A stretch of DNA of 64,000 nt, taken from Candidatus Fermentibacterota bacterium. GTDB taxonomy: Bacteria; Fermentibacterota; Fermentibacteria; Fermentibacterales; JCC-6. The stretch covers positions 192,001 to 256,000 of the forward strand of contig CAWJQI010000004.1 in the NCBI GenBank assembly GCA_963845085.1, written 5' to 3'. The translations under genes were made by a program, and so were the position numbers. This document shows positions 1 to 10,308 of this stretch, one piece after another. The notes beneath the pieces are model-generated. The model was not told where the DNA came from. It saw nothing but the letters and a program-made list of their open reading frames with translations, and ran no database searches. The stretch's first letter is position 1. The number at the start of each line of letters is the position of its first letter.

Positions 1-2389
1 CCGGGGAAAGGTCGATCGCCGTTCCGTTCCAGACGCTGTCCATTGAAAGGCTGACGCCGCTTCTGATACCATCGCTCCAGATCCAGATCCCGTCGACCGT
101 GAGCAATCCACCAATAAGGGAGGCGTCGACAGTGATGCTGTCGCCCTGGGTCCAGGGGCCGTACGTGGGATCGTCAACGCACGCATGCAGAAGCACTTCG
201 AGATCGCCCGGGCGGCCTTCCGCCTGTATGTCCGAGCTGAACACCCCCGAGATGGGCAGATCCAGCCCGAGAACCAGACCCAGCGATGCCAGATCAACCG
301 ATCTGGTTGCAAATGATGCGCTTATCTCTCCATCGCTTCCGACCCTGCCGCTGCCCCTCAGATAACCGGCAGGTGGGTCGATCCAGATGCTGTCTATCCC
401 CATCGCACCGTCGGGGGAGATCACCAGTTCGGCGCCGCCGGCCCTGACAAGCCTGAGCTTGTTCATCGTCACCCTGATGGAATCAAGTGCAACCGAGACC
501 GTGTCACCGGCCATGTCGACAGAAAGACCGGCCACCACTCTTGCTCCGCCTTCATGAAGGATCTCCAGCGAATCGACCCGGATCATTCCATTGCGCGATT
601 CTGCGTGGATTCCCACCGACAGATTTCCGCCGGAGGTTTCCACCCGGTCCGAACTGATGCGGAGGGAACCTGATGGGAGGTCATCAGCAAGCGAGACATC
701 GGCCAGGACTTCGCAATCCAGTGCCAGAAGCCCCCCGATTGCTGCAGTATCAACCGACGCAGTCCCCGCAAAGCCGATGTTCGGCAGCCCGCCCGAGGGA
801 AGCCCAAGGCTGAACGCGCCATCCAGGACAACACCCGACAAGTGTGAATCCCCGGCTGATAGGCCTGCGAGACCGCTCTCGCCGTCGAAGCCAACCGTCA
901 CTCCCCGTGAGCCCGAGATGTCAACGACGGCATCCCCGATCAGGAAAAGGCCCGAGGCTTCAATGGTGTCGAGTTCTGCACCTTCGGCCCGCACATCGCA
1001 GGCGAACCTGAATCGTTCGAGGGTTCCCTGCCCGTCGAGCCGTGCAACGAACCCCGTAAGTCCGGTCAACGGGGAGGCGGGTTCGATCAAGCCGAGAATT
1101 TCGCGGGCATTGTCCACCCTGGCAACGGCGGAACCGCTCCAGGAGACGGGCTCAAAACCTTCGCCAAGGGCGACGACCCACTCCGAGCCGATCTCGGCGC
1201 CCAGGACGGAGGCGGACAATGTTCCGAAAACACTTGCGGGATCTGCTTCGGCATGGAGATGCAACCATTCGAAAGCAACCCCGGCAAGCTCCTGCCCCTG
1301 GAGGTCCAGATCGATGATACCGGACGAGAGAACCTCACCCGATCCGGAGACGCTCGCCGACATGGTTCCCGTGAGCGAACCCGGGGGAGAATCCCGGCTC
1401 CAGTCGGAAGGATCGAACAGGTCGAATTCAACTTCACACTCGCCGTTCCATACGGGGCCGGAAAAAGCCATTCGACCCGCAAGCGACCCACTGATCCCGG
1501 GGGTCGAGAAGTTGACCACGCCAGCGCTGGCGTCATCCATGCTTCCCGAAATGGAATCGGCAGTGAAACCGATGTCCCTCTCCATGAAGCGGACATTCCC
1601 CTCGCTGATCGTCACCGAGCCCTCGGGATTGGTTGTCGTTCCGGAAATGACGGCGGTCATGCGGCCCTCAGCCAGGGGCGCATCGGGTATGAAGGACGTG
1701 GTGAAGTTTCCCTCGCCGGATAGCGATAGAGAACTGTCGGACTGCAGTGTTCCCTGAATGATCATGGTTCCGGCGGGAGAGACGGCCGTAAAATCGCGAA
1801 GGGTGACAATGGATGTGTCGATCGTGAGGCTGCCGGAACCGGTAATGGCGCCGAACAACGGGATGAACACACCCCCCGAGTACACTTCGAGCTCTGCGGG
1901 AGTGTCCGAAAAAACACGGGCGCAGATGCTCATCGAGTCTACGAGCACTGTTCCATCATTGTCTACGATTCTTCCGCTTCGAATTCCGAGCGTGTCGACA
2001 TCAGTGACGAATCCCGTGATAACGTTCTGAAAGAGGGGTTTCATGTCGGGATCGGGCTCGGAAGGGGGACCGGAGGCGGGTCTGGGGACCTGTATGCCGA
2101 GAGAATCGGCCCAGACGTTCTGAAGGCCGGTTCCGAGCAGGTAGCTCACCAGGCTTCCCCTTACGGTGATTCCACTGACTATTACCTTGAGGCCGAGTGA
2201 GTCGCTCACTACGACCGAGTCCGCGCGGGTGCCGAAGAAAATCCCCGATGCAAAACCGTGAACACCCACCGAAATGTTGCCGTCGTCGGCAAATGCCCCC
2301 ACCGCAAGACGGACGGCCCAGGACAGGCCTCCTGTGAGCAGGAGGAGGTATGGAACGACTGCGGCGAGCAGGATGATGACGAGTATCAC
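1..2389 (-). CDS. Large TamB/AsmA-like protein, N-terminal part (runs off the left edge)
   Basis: Frame from GTG 2389 has an N-terminal hydrophobic anchor (VILVIILLAAVVPYLLL) then Gly/Ser/Asp-rich beta-type sequence; same frame at position 2. Not in the ORF track, consistent with no stop in the window. Lies directly downstream of an Omp85 gene. Confidence 0.65.
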   Translation of the reverse strand, partial: MILVIILLAAVVPYLLLLTGGLSWAVRLAVGAFADDGNISVGVHGFASGIFFGTRADSVVVSDSLGLKVIVSGITVRGSLVSYLLGTGLQNVWADSLGIQVPRPASGPPSEPDPDMKPLFQNVITGFVTDVDTLGIRSGRIVDNDGTVLVDSMSICARVFSDTPAELEVYSGGVFIPLFGAITGSGSLTIDTSIVTLRDFTAVSPAGTMIIQGTLQSDSSLSLSGEGNFTTSFIPDAPLAEGRMTAVISGTTTNPEGSVTISEGNVRFMERDIGFTADSISGSMDDASAGVVNFSTPGISGSLAGRMAFSGPVWNGECEVEFDLFDPSDWSRDSPPGSLTGTMSASVSGSGEVLSSGIIDLDLQGQELAGVAFEWLHLHAEADPASVFGTLSASVLGAEIGSEWVVALGEGFEPVSWSGSAVARVDNAREILGLIEPASPLTGLTGFVARLDGQGTLERFRFACDVRAEGAELDTIEASGLFLIGDAVVDISGSRGVTVGFDGESGLAGLSAGDSHLSGVVLDGAFSLGLPSGGLPNIGFAGTASVDTAAIGGLLALDCEVLADVSLADDLPSGSLRISSDRVETSGGNLSVGIHAESRNGMIRVDSLEILHEGGARVVAGLSVDMAGDTVSVALDSIRVTMNKLRLVRAGGAELVISPDGAMGIDSIWIDPPAGYLRGSGRVGSDGEISASFATRSVDLASLGLVLGLDLPISGVFSSDIQAEGRPGDLEVLLHACVDDPTYGPWTQGDSITVDASLIGGLLTVDGIWIWSDGIRSGVSLSMDSVWNGTAIDLSP

Positions 2390-2417
2390 CCTGGTTTTGG
2401 AGCGGCGTTTGACCCCC

Positions 2418-4200
2418 TCAGAAGGTCTGCCCGATGGCAAAGTAGAACCTCCCCCTCTTGAAGCCGTCGCGCCATGTCGGTGCAAACCCGTAATCGAACC
2501 TGACGCGGGCTGAACGGGGTGCTGATCCTTAATCCAAGCCCTGTTCCAAGCCCTGCATCGGCTGTGGAAACTTCATCCACATCGTTCCAGATGCCCCCGG
2601 AATCGAGGAAGGCGGTGATGCCAAGGAATCTCCAAACCTTGAACCTGGCTTCGATGTTGCCAAGCAGCATGGTGTTCCCGCCCAATGGATTGCCATCATC
2701 GTCAACCGGTCCCATGGCATTGTAGGCGTAGCCCCTGACGGTGCTCGGACCGCCGAGGTAGAACCTGTCCGTGGGGGGGATCGAAACTGAACCGCTGTAG
2801 CCTTGAACTGTCCCGACCGCTCCCCTTGCTGCGAGGACCAGGTTTTCGCCGAAAGGGATGAAGAACCTGGCTTCGGTCTCCACCCTGTAAAAATCAAGAC
2901 CGCCGAGAAGGCCGCCCGAAACCTTTCCGCCCACCATCAGCCAGCGGCCCCGGGCTGGATCAAGCACCGGCGCCCTGGTATCGTTCACGACCGATGCGCT
3001 GAGGCTGCCGGTTGTGGTCCAGTCCTGGATGATCACCGTGTCCTCGCTGGTTGTCATGAAGCGGATCCTGTCGATGGCGTATCCGAAAGCGAAACGGACA
3101 TCCCGGGCCAGAAGCCGCGAGAAGCTGATCCCTGAACCGTAGCTTCGCTCCTCCTGGAAACTCCTCTGCAGGTACGTGTAGCTTCCGGTCAGCTTGCCGG
3201 TCCACCTCGAGGAGAGAAACCATGGCTCCTCGTAGGAAAGGGATGGCTCGACAAGGTCACCTTCCTGGCCGCTTGCAAAGTAGTGGGTCCAGGTGGATCC
3301 AATCGTCAGCCGCTGGTTGTTTCCCCAGATGTTCGGGTGCTTCCAGTATCCGCCCCAGAAAACGGCCGACGGGGATATGTAGCCGGTGCCCAGGTCGACA
3401 GTGTGATAGGGCTTTTCATGGACAACGACCTCAATGTCCATCACCGCGTCATCCTCGAGGGGGTGGTACCTGTAGCGGACATCGTTGAAAAGCCTCAGCG
3501 TGTAAATCCTTGCAAGGGATTCCCTCAGAATGTCCATGTTCAGCGAGTCTCCGGGTTGGAGGCTTATCTCCCTTGTCACGACAACCTGCCTGACCGATTC
3601 AAGACCGGAGACACTGACATTGCCAAGCACGAAACGGGGTCCTTCGGTGATCATGCACTGAAGTGTCCGGGTCGCTGGAATCGAGTCCGATCCGGAAGCG
3701 TCAAAGTCCATCAGCACAAAAGCGGCATCGGCTCTTACTCTTCCCCTGCTGCTGTAGACCGACCTGATGGACCGTCTGAATTCAAGGGTATCAAGAGGTG
3801 TGATGGGCTCGCCCGGCAGCAGGCCAAGAAGACCTCTGAGCTCGCTCTCATCAAAAAGGGTTGCGCCCGAGATCACCACGTCGCCGAGGAGGGATCTTCG
3901 CCCGGATTGGATCGATATTCCAACGGCTTGTGTGCCGGAGTCCCAGGCCGGCCAGGAGACTTCCACTAAAGCATCGAGGTAGCCGTGGTTTCTGAGGTTT
4001 GACAGCACCCCGTTGCCCACAAGAACCCTTGATAGCCCGTAGACGGATGCTCCGACCTCAAGGCCGGTGCCCGACAGGAGAGTACCCTCGTCCAGAGGCG
4101 GATTGCCCGTGAAGTACACCGAATCTATACTCGGCCCCAGGGAAGCCGACGCAACAGCCAGCAGTCCCCAGCAAAGAACAGGTGAGATCCATGAATACAT
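2418..4200 (-). CDS. Omp85 family (TamA/BamA-like) outer membrane protein; +1 frameshift near 2505-2511
   Basis: Signal peptide, POTRA-like repeats, barrel motif RFYLGGPSTVRGY. The C-terminus VRFDYG...FYFAIGQTF* is in a shifted frame ending at 2418. Confidence 0.85.
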
Positions 4201-5552
4201 ACCCTAAAACTAACACCTTCCCGCGGCACTTGGCGAGTGCGGGATCAAGACCCGTAGTGCTTCTTGTCGGCGGCACCGATCCGAGCGGTGGAGCGGGTCT
4301 GTTCGCCGACGCCAGGGCGGTGGCGGCAATGGGAGGCCACGGGTGTTTTGCCCTCACTGCGGTAACGGTCCAGGATTCGGGAAGGGTCCACTCCTGGAGC
4401 CGGGTGGATCCCGGGCTGCTCAGGGCCCAGTTGAACGCCGTATGCAACGATGGTACGCCCGACGGTGTTAAAACGGGCATGTTGGGAAGCCCCGAAGCGG
4501 TCGAGATTGTTTCGGAGATCTACAGGTCAGCCGTTCAGCCCGCTCCCCTGGTCGTCGATCCTGTGCTCGCGGCCGGCAGTGGCGACAGTCTCGCAAGCGG
4601 AGACCTTTCCGAGTGCATTCTGAGAACCCTCGTCCCGATCGCCTCACTGCTGACACCTAATCTCGATGAGGCCGAAGCCCTCACTAAAAGGTCGGTGAGA
4701 ACTATCCGGGAGATGGAGGAAGCAGGCAGGGCCCTTCTTGAAGCAGGTTCGGCAGCGGTGCTGGTAAAGGGCGGTCATCTCGATGGTGCACCCTCCGACG
4801 TCCTCGTGACGGAAAACGGAGTCAGGATCTTCACGGGTGAAAGAATAATCCCCGGCAAGGTTCATGGAACGGGATGCACCCTCGCGTCGGCGTGTGCTGC
4901 GCTCATGGCTTCCGGCTACACTGCCGAAACTGCCGTGGAAAAGGCTCTTTCCTACCTCCGCGGAGCGATCAGGGACGGCTTCCGAAGAAACAACGGCTTT
5001 TTGATCGGTCACTTTCCCGGGATCGGCCCGGGGCCCTGCCCAGGGAACACTACATCCTTCTATGCCCCGCCCAGGTTCTGCCACGTCTGCGGTGGTTCGC
5101 TGGTGGGCGTTTCCGGGCACATGGCGTGTTCGGGATGCGGGCTTGTCTACTACAGGAACCCGCTTCCGGCAGTCATGGTGATCGTCAGTGACAAGGAAGG
5201 CAGGCTCCTGCTGGTCAGAAGGACCTTCGCTCCGGCCAGGGGCGAATTATGCTTTCCCGGCGGATTCATGGAGATTGGAGAAACCCCGGTGGAATGCGCG
5301 CGCCGTGAGCTTTTCGAGGAAACCGGTCTTTCCGCGGAATCCATGGAACTGGCCGGATCTGACTCAGACACCACTGATTACGGTGCTGTGGCTCTCTACA
5401 TCTTCCGCACGCAGGGTTATTCCGGCACACCGGTTCCCGGCGACGACGCCGCAGAGATTCTGTGGCTGCATCCGGCCGACATACCGCCGCTCGCCTTCGC
5501 CGCCCATAACCGCGCCCTCATCGGCACTCTCAGGGGGGACGGACTAAGATAA
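4191..5552 (+). CDS. thiD: Hydroxymethylpyrimidine/phosphomethylpyrimidine kinase fused to zinc-ribbon Nudix hydrolase
   Basis: GTDPSGGAG, DPV and HGTGCT motifs, then CxxC..CxxC and Nudix box GGFMEIGETPVECARRELFEETGL. Start uncertain (4191 or TTG 4230). Confidence 0.85.
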   Translation: MNTYPKTNTFPRHLASAGSRPVVLLVGGTDPSGGAGLFADARAVAAMGGHGCFALTAVTVQDSGRVHSWSRVDPGLLRAQLNAVCNDGTPDGVKTGMLGSPEAVEIVSEIYRSAVQPAPLVVDPVLAAGSGDSLASGDLSECILRTLVPIASLLTPNLDEAEALTKRSVRTIREMEEAGRALLEAGSAAVLVKGGHLDGAPSDVLVTENGVRIFTGERIIPGKVHGTGCTLASACAALMASGYTAETAVEKALSYLRGAIRDGFRRNNGFLIGHFPGIGPGPCPGNTTSFYAPPRFCHVCGGSLVGVSGHMACSGCGLVYYRNPLPAVMVIVSDKEGRLLLVRRTFAPARGELCFPGGFMEIGETPVECARRELFEETGLSAESMELAGSDSDTTDYGAVALYIFRTQGYSGTPVPGDDAAEILWLHPADIPPLAFAAHNRALIGTLRGDGLR

Positions 5553-5628
5553 ATTAGTTTATCAGTATTGCGAAAATTGCACTGCATTCTTCAATACTGA
5601 TAAACTAATTTATCTTAGTCCGTCCCCC
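5534..5628. repeat. Perfect 37-bp inverted repeat with 21-nt spacer (REPIN/MITE-like element, copy 1)
   Basis: GGGGGACGGACTAAGATAAATTAGTTTATCAGTATTG at 5534-5570; exact reverse complement at 5592-5628. Confidence 0.95.
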
Positions 5629-6552
5629 AAGCTCTTCGAGGGTGCGGGTGATGGAGGGGGCGTCGTGGGTGCCGTAGACCCTCACATCACGGACCTTGGC
5701 GAGAAGACCCTGAAGGACCGTTCCGGGGCCGACCTCGACAAAGGTGTCGAAGCCGTTCTCGATCATCAGCTGAATCGAGGCGGCCCACAGGACCGGGGAT
5801 GTCACCTGCCTTGAAAGGAGCTCACGGGCCCTGTCGCCGCTGGTGATGTAACCGGCTGTGACATTGGCCACGACGGGAATGCCCGGGTCGTAAAAAGCCG
5901 CTTCCTTCAGTGCCTTCTTGAGATCCCTGGCGGCGTCCTCCATCAGGGGGCTGTGCCATGCGCCGGACACCTGCAGGGGAATGACGCGCTTCGCCCCCAG
6001 CTCGCGGCAGATCTCTCCCGCCTTCTCGAGAGGCTCACTCGCCCCCGAGATCACGACCTGTCCGGGAGAATTCATGTTGGCCACACCCACCGGTCCCATC
6101 TCGGATGCCTGTTCAACGGCCTTGCTGACACTTTCGAGATCAAGACCCAGCACTGCAAGCATGCCTCCGGGGTGGATATCGGCACAGCGCTGCATGAGCT
6201 CTCCGCGAAGCCTCGTGAGCTTGACGGCCGTATCGGGAAGCAGCACGCCGGCAGCCACCAGGGCTGAGTATTCACCCAGGCTGTGCCCGGCTGCGCCCTC
6301 GGGTCGAATCCCCGCAACCTGAAGAACCTTCAGCGTGGCGATGCTCACCATCGTGATCGCCGGCTGGGCGTAGTCGGTGCGAGTGAGGGTCTCGCCGGGA
6401 CCGTCGCTCATCACCTGCAGCAGGTCGTGTACTCCGCTGAGGGTGTAGGTTCTCTCAAGAAACTCCCTTGATTCGGGAAAATCCATGAGGTGCTTCTGCA
6501 TCCCCACCTGCTGTGATGCCTGACCGGGAAAGAGAAATGCCAGTCTTCCCAT
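5605..6552 (-). CDS. fabD: Malonyl-CoA:ACP transacylase
   Basis: LAFLFPGQ, GHSLGEY, AWHSPLM and EVGPG motifs. Confidence 0.95.
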   Translation of the reverse strand: MGRLAFLFPGQASQQVGMQKHLMDFPESREFLERTYTLSGVHDLLQVMSDGPGETLTRTDYAQPAITMVSIATLKVLQVAGIRPEGAAGHSLGEYSALVAAGVLLPDTAVKLTRLRGELMQRCADIHPGGMLAVLGLDLESVSKAVEQASEMGPVGVANMNSPGQVVISGASEPLEKAGEICRELGAKRVIPLQVSGAWHSPLMEDAARDLKKALKEAAFYDPGIPVVANVTAGYITSGDRARELLSRQVTSPVLWAASIQLMIENGFDTFVEVGPGTVLQGLLAKVRDVRVYGTHDAPSITRTLEELGGRTKIN

Positions 6553-6557
6553 GGCCG

Positions 6558-9021
6558 TCACTCCGTTTCCTGTAATCCACTTTCCATATATGTGATCAAC
6601 TGTTTGGGTCTTGGCCATCCGGGGTCGGCTTCCACCGCCATCCCCGCAAGTTGCGCCGCCTCGGCGCTTGAACCGCCATCATAAAGCACCTGAGCTGCAG
6701 ATGTCAGTGCAACCGATCTCCAGCGCGCCGCCATCACACCCCGCACCCCGTCGAGCAGTGCGAAAGCCTCGGGAATAGAACCGTTCCAGTATACCATCTG
6801 CGCCTGCCGCAGGGGATCGGGGGATAATGATGAAAATGAGAACAGAAGTGCCACATTGGGCATGATCGTGGCCTGCGGATCGTCGGGCGCCCTGCGCCGG
6901 ATGAACTGGCAGCCCGCCCGGTGATCGGTGTTGGGTGACGGGCCGGCCTCGAGCGCGCCGCACATCCCCTGATTGTCGAGCACTGGTTCCAGATAAACTT
7001 GCTCATTCGCGTCGAACGCCACCGAGGCGAGCTGTTCCCGGGCACCCTGATCACCGAACATGGCGCCGATCGACAGCGACAGGGAATCGGCACTCCCGAT
7101 CAGGATCACGTGGCGCCCCCCTGCAAGATGGGCGGCTGAGTACGGGAATACTCCGGCCCAGGTGGCAAGTATCCTGTGGAAATCACTCGGGGGGAGCTGA
7201 TGAAGAGGAACCCACTGGGCGGCGACTCCGCCGGGCGCAAGCCTGCGTAAAACAAGCGAATAGAACTCACGGGTGTAAAGCAGCCAGCTCTCACTGGAAC
7301 CGGGATGCGTGGCGTCGCACACGACAAGGTCGTAACAGTCCGGTGTTCCAAGAAGGTAGTTCCTTCCGTCATCGCCCACGAGATGAAAGCGCGGATCGGA
7401 ATCGGGCCGGCGGTTCTCCCCCTCGAAGAATGGAAGCGCGCCGACAACACCGGGACATATCTCGACACAGACGAGGCTTTCCAGCGGGTGCGTGAGAAGG
7501 GCTCCCGACGTGATCCCGCCGCCGAGGGCCACTGAAAGAGCGGTTTTGGCCTCCGGATTGTAGCCCCAGGGCAGATGCCCGAGAAGGTAGAACGCCTCGA
7601 GTGAGGACTGGTCAATGGGCACTTCCTCGACACCGTTGATCCGCAGGCTTCGGTGCCCGTCCCAGTCGCGGCCGAACACGGAAACGGTGGCGGTTCTGTC
7701 CTCGCTGAAATAGACAAGGCTCATGCCGTCGGGAGGCGTAGAACCCGGCGGATCAGCAGTCAGGACGAGCATGTACACAGCTGCCGCACCGGCAAGCGCC
7801 ATCGGAACCCATGCGGGACGTCGGGTCCTGATGAAGCAGGCAAGCCCCACCCCGATGCTTCCGAATGCGAGCAGCAATGCGGTGTGCGTGACACCGAGCC
7901 AGGAGAAAGAAAACCCTCGTAGCGAGAACGGGCCCGAATGCCGCCCCGATGCAGTTCGCAAGGCTGAGCACCCCGACGTCCTCGCCCAGGCGGTCCTTGC
8001 GGGCGCTGGCGGCGAGCATGACAGGAAATGTCGTGCCCATGAGGAACGTGGACGGCAGCATGTAGAGGAACGAAGCCAGGAAGCCCCCCGCCGTTCGTGC
8101 TGCCCATCCGCTTCCTCCGGCAATCGCGGCGACGCCTGCGAAACTGCGCAGAGCCGAAAGGGGAAGCACCGAGGCAACAGCGAGCAGCACCTGGATTATT
8201 CCGAAGAGAAGAAGCGGTTGCCCGGTCCTCGATGCAATCCTCCTGCCGCTCAGACCGCCAAGCCCAATTCCGAGAAGAACCATCATGCCCATCGTGGTGA
8301 ACGCATAGGTGCTGTTCCCAAGCACGAAAGTGAGCTGACGGCTCCATACCGTCTCATATCCTAGTGCTAAACAACCACTTGCCGAATAAACCGCGAGGTG
8401 GAACGCACCGGGTGGAAGCTGGGCAACAGGCTCGGACGACCCTGTAACCCGGTCCCGCAGGAAGAGCAGCCCGAGAATGAGGAGCAATGAACCTGCCGCC
8501 AGAGTTGCAGCAGTTCCGACCGCCTCGAGAAGGATGAAGCCCGACAAAAAGCCGCCCAGGGCCGATCCGAGGCTGTTCAGACCGTATAGCTTCGACGCAA
8601 GTGAGCACCCGTCCGGGCCCTCGACGAGCCTTGATGCCGCAGGAACGATCCCCCCGGCGCAAAATGTGGCCGGGAAAACGAGAAGAACAGCGGAAAGGAA
8701 CCTGGCCGGGATCTGTAGACCCGAGGCGTAGAAATAAGGGTAGAGGCCCTCGAGGAAGGGCTCCAGCACCAGAGGAAGCAGAGAGGCGAGCGCCGTTCCG
8801 ACGGCAGCCGTCTGCAGGACCCTGAGAGGTCTTGGGGAACGCTGTGCCAGCTTCCCGAACGCCCTTCCGCCCAGGCCGAGCCCAAGCATGAACGCGCTGA
8901 GGACAACTGCCGTGGAATCGACGCTTCCGCCTGCAAGCAACAACAGCATCCGATTCCAGGTCACCTGCGCGATCAGAACCCCCGCGCCGCCGAGAACCGC
9001 AAAGACCCACAATCCCTGCAA
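6558..9021 (-). CDS. Membrane domain fused to spermidine synthase-like domain; +1 frameshift near 7906-7913
   Basis: Two hydrophobic repeats (LYGLNSLGSALG; GNSTYAFTT), then a SAM-fold domain (ALGGGIT, VEI, DDGRNYL, LYTREFY) split across two frames. Confidence 0.8.
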
Positions 9022-9024
9022 GTC

Positions 9025-10308
9025 CTACTCCCCCAGCCTGGGCATCCTGCCCATCAGGACCAGCAGCCTTGCTTCCTCGACCAGGGAACCAACTCTCGAA
9101 CTCACCAGGGTTGCCTGCGCCTCGGTGAGCATCTGCTGGGCGTCGAGCAGGTCGAGCAGGGACAGGCCACCCATCTCGTATGTGAGACGGGAGAGGCGGT
9201 ACTGCTCCTCCGCCTGCTCAAGTGCCAGCTCGCTCAATTCATAGCTTTCGTAGGCCGAAACCACATTGTCGCGGGATGCCATCAGCCTGCTCGTGAGGGA
9301 TGACTCAAGGCCGGAGAGGGATGCCTCGCTTCTGAGAGCGCCGGCTCTTGCGGATTGGACCGACGCTTCCCGGGAGAAACCGTCGAAAATGGTCCAGTTC
9401 AACCTTAACCCGACCGACCAGTAATCGTCTTCGGGCAGGTCCTCGATACCGTTGAATTCGTCATCACTCCAGCCCCACGATGCATTCGCGCTCAGGCTGG
9501 GCCAGGCAGCCCTTTCCTGGGCGTCGGCGATGATGAAAGCCTGTTCGGAGCGGAGCCTGGCCGCCGCGAGTGAAGGGTTTTCGGCGAGGTCCGGTGACAA
9601 CGCTGAGAGAAAGTCGGGTGGAATCGGCTGCAGAACCGCCGCCGTGTCAACGGAAAGGTTCCGCATCGACATGGATACACCGGCCGCCTGGTAAAGGGCG
9701 TTGTACCTCGATCCAAGGCTCTGCCTCGACCGGGTCAGCGCGAGCCTGTCACGGCTTTCCTGAACCTGAAGCTGAAGAAGTTCCAGGGTCGGGATGCCAC
9801 CCATGTCGTAAAGCGCTTCTGCCCTTTCCAGCTGGTTCACGCTTCTCTCAAGGGCCTGCTCGGACGCGGCGAGAAGACCTTCCATCTCGACGACCGAATA
9901 GTAGGCTTCAACAACGCTCAGGACCATCTCCAGCACGGCTGCCCTGTAGTCCTCTTCAGCAGCTTCAAACCCCCGCCTCCCGGCCCTCAGTACAAGCCAG
10001 TTCCTGCCTCCGGAACCGAGAAGCTCCTGGGACAGGTTCAGAGACGCCGAATAGCTCTCGGAGCCGGTGTGTCCCTCACCCTCGGGCTGGATGGACATCC
10101 AGCTGTATCCCGAAGATGCGCTGAATGACAGCGTCGGCCAGATGAACGACCCGGCCGACTTCACATCGGCCCTCGAGCCGGCAAGGTCCGCCTCGGCCTG
10201 TGTCACCACGGGAGAGCTGGTAAGGGCGTGCGACACCCATCCCGACAGATCCATTGCCTCCCTCGGCTCCTCGGCGGACAACAGCATTAGGACAAGGACT
10301 GAAATCAT
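9025..10308 (-). CDS. TolC family outer membrane efflux protein
   Basis: Two OEP-like repeats: VVEAYY, WTIFDGF, YEMGGLSLLDLLDAQ. Confidence 0.88.
   Translation of the reverse strand: MISVLVLMLLSAEEPREAMDLSGWVSHALTSSPVVTQAEADLAGSRADVKSAGSFIWPTLSFSASSGYSWMSIQPEGEGHTGSESYSASLNLSQELLGSGGRNWLVLRAGRRGFEAAEEDYRAAVLEMVLSVVEAYYSVVEMEGLLAASEQALERSVNQLERAEALYDMGGIPTLELLQLQVQESRDRLALTRSRQSLGSRYNALYQAAGVSMSMRNLSVDTAAVLQPIPPDFLSALSPDLAENPSLAAARLRSEQAFIIADAQERAAWPSLSANASWGWSDDEFNGIEDLPEDDYWSVGLRLNWTIFDGFSREASVQSARAGALRSEASLSGLESSLTSRLMASRDNVVSAYESYELSELALEQAEEQYRLSRLTYEMGGLSLLDLLDAQQMLTEAQATLVSSRVGSLVEEARLLVLMGRMPRLGE

Noticed and set aside
591..1757. 388-aa plus-strand ORF
   Set aside because: Ser/Pro/Arg-rich antisense shadow of the TamB-like gene.
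5534..5628. CRISPR repeat or plain Rho-independent terminator
   Set aside because: Repeats are inverted, not direct with spacers, and no cas genes are present. The 37-bp stem, lack of U-tracts and recurrence elsewhere do not fit a simple terminator, though it may act as one.
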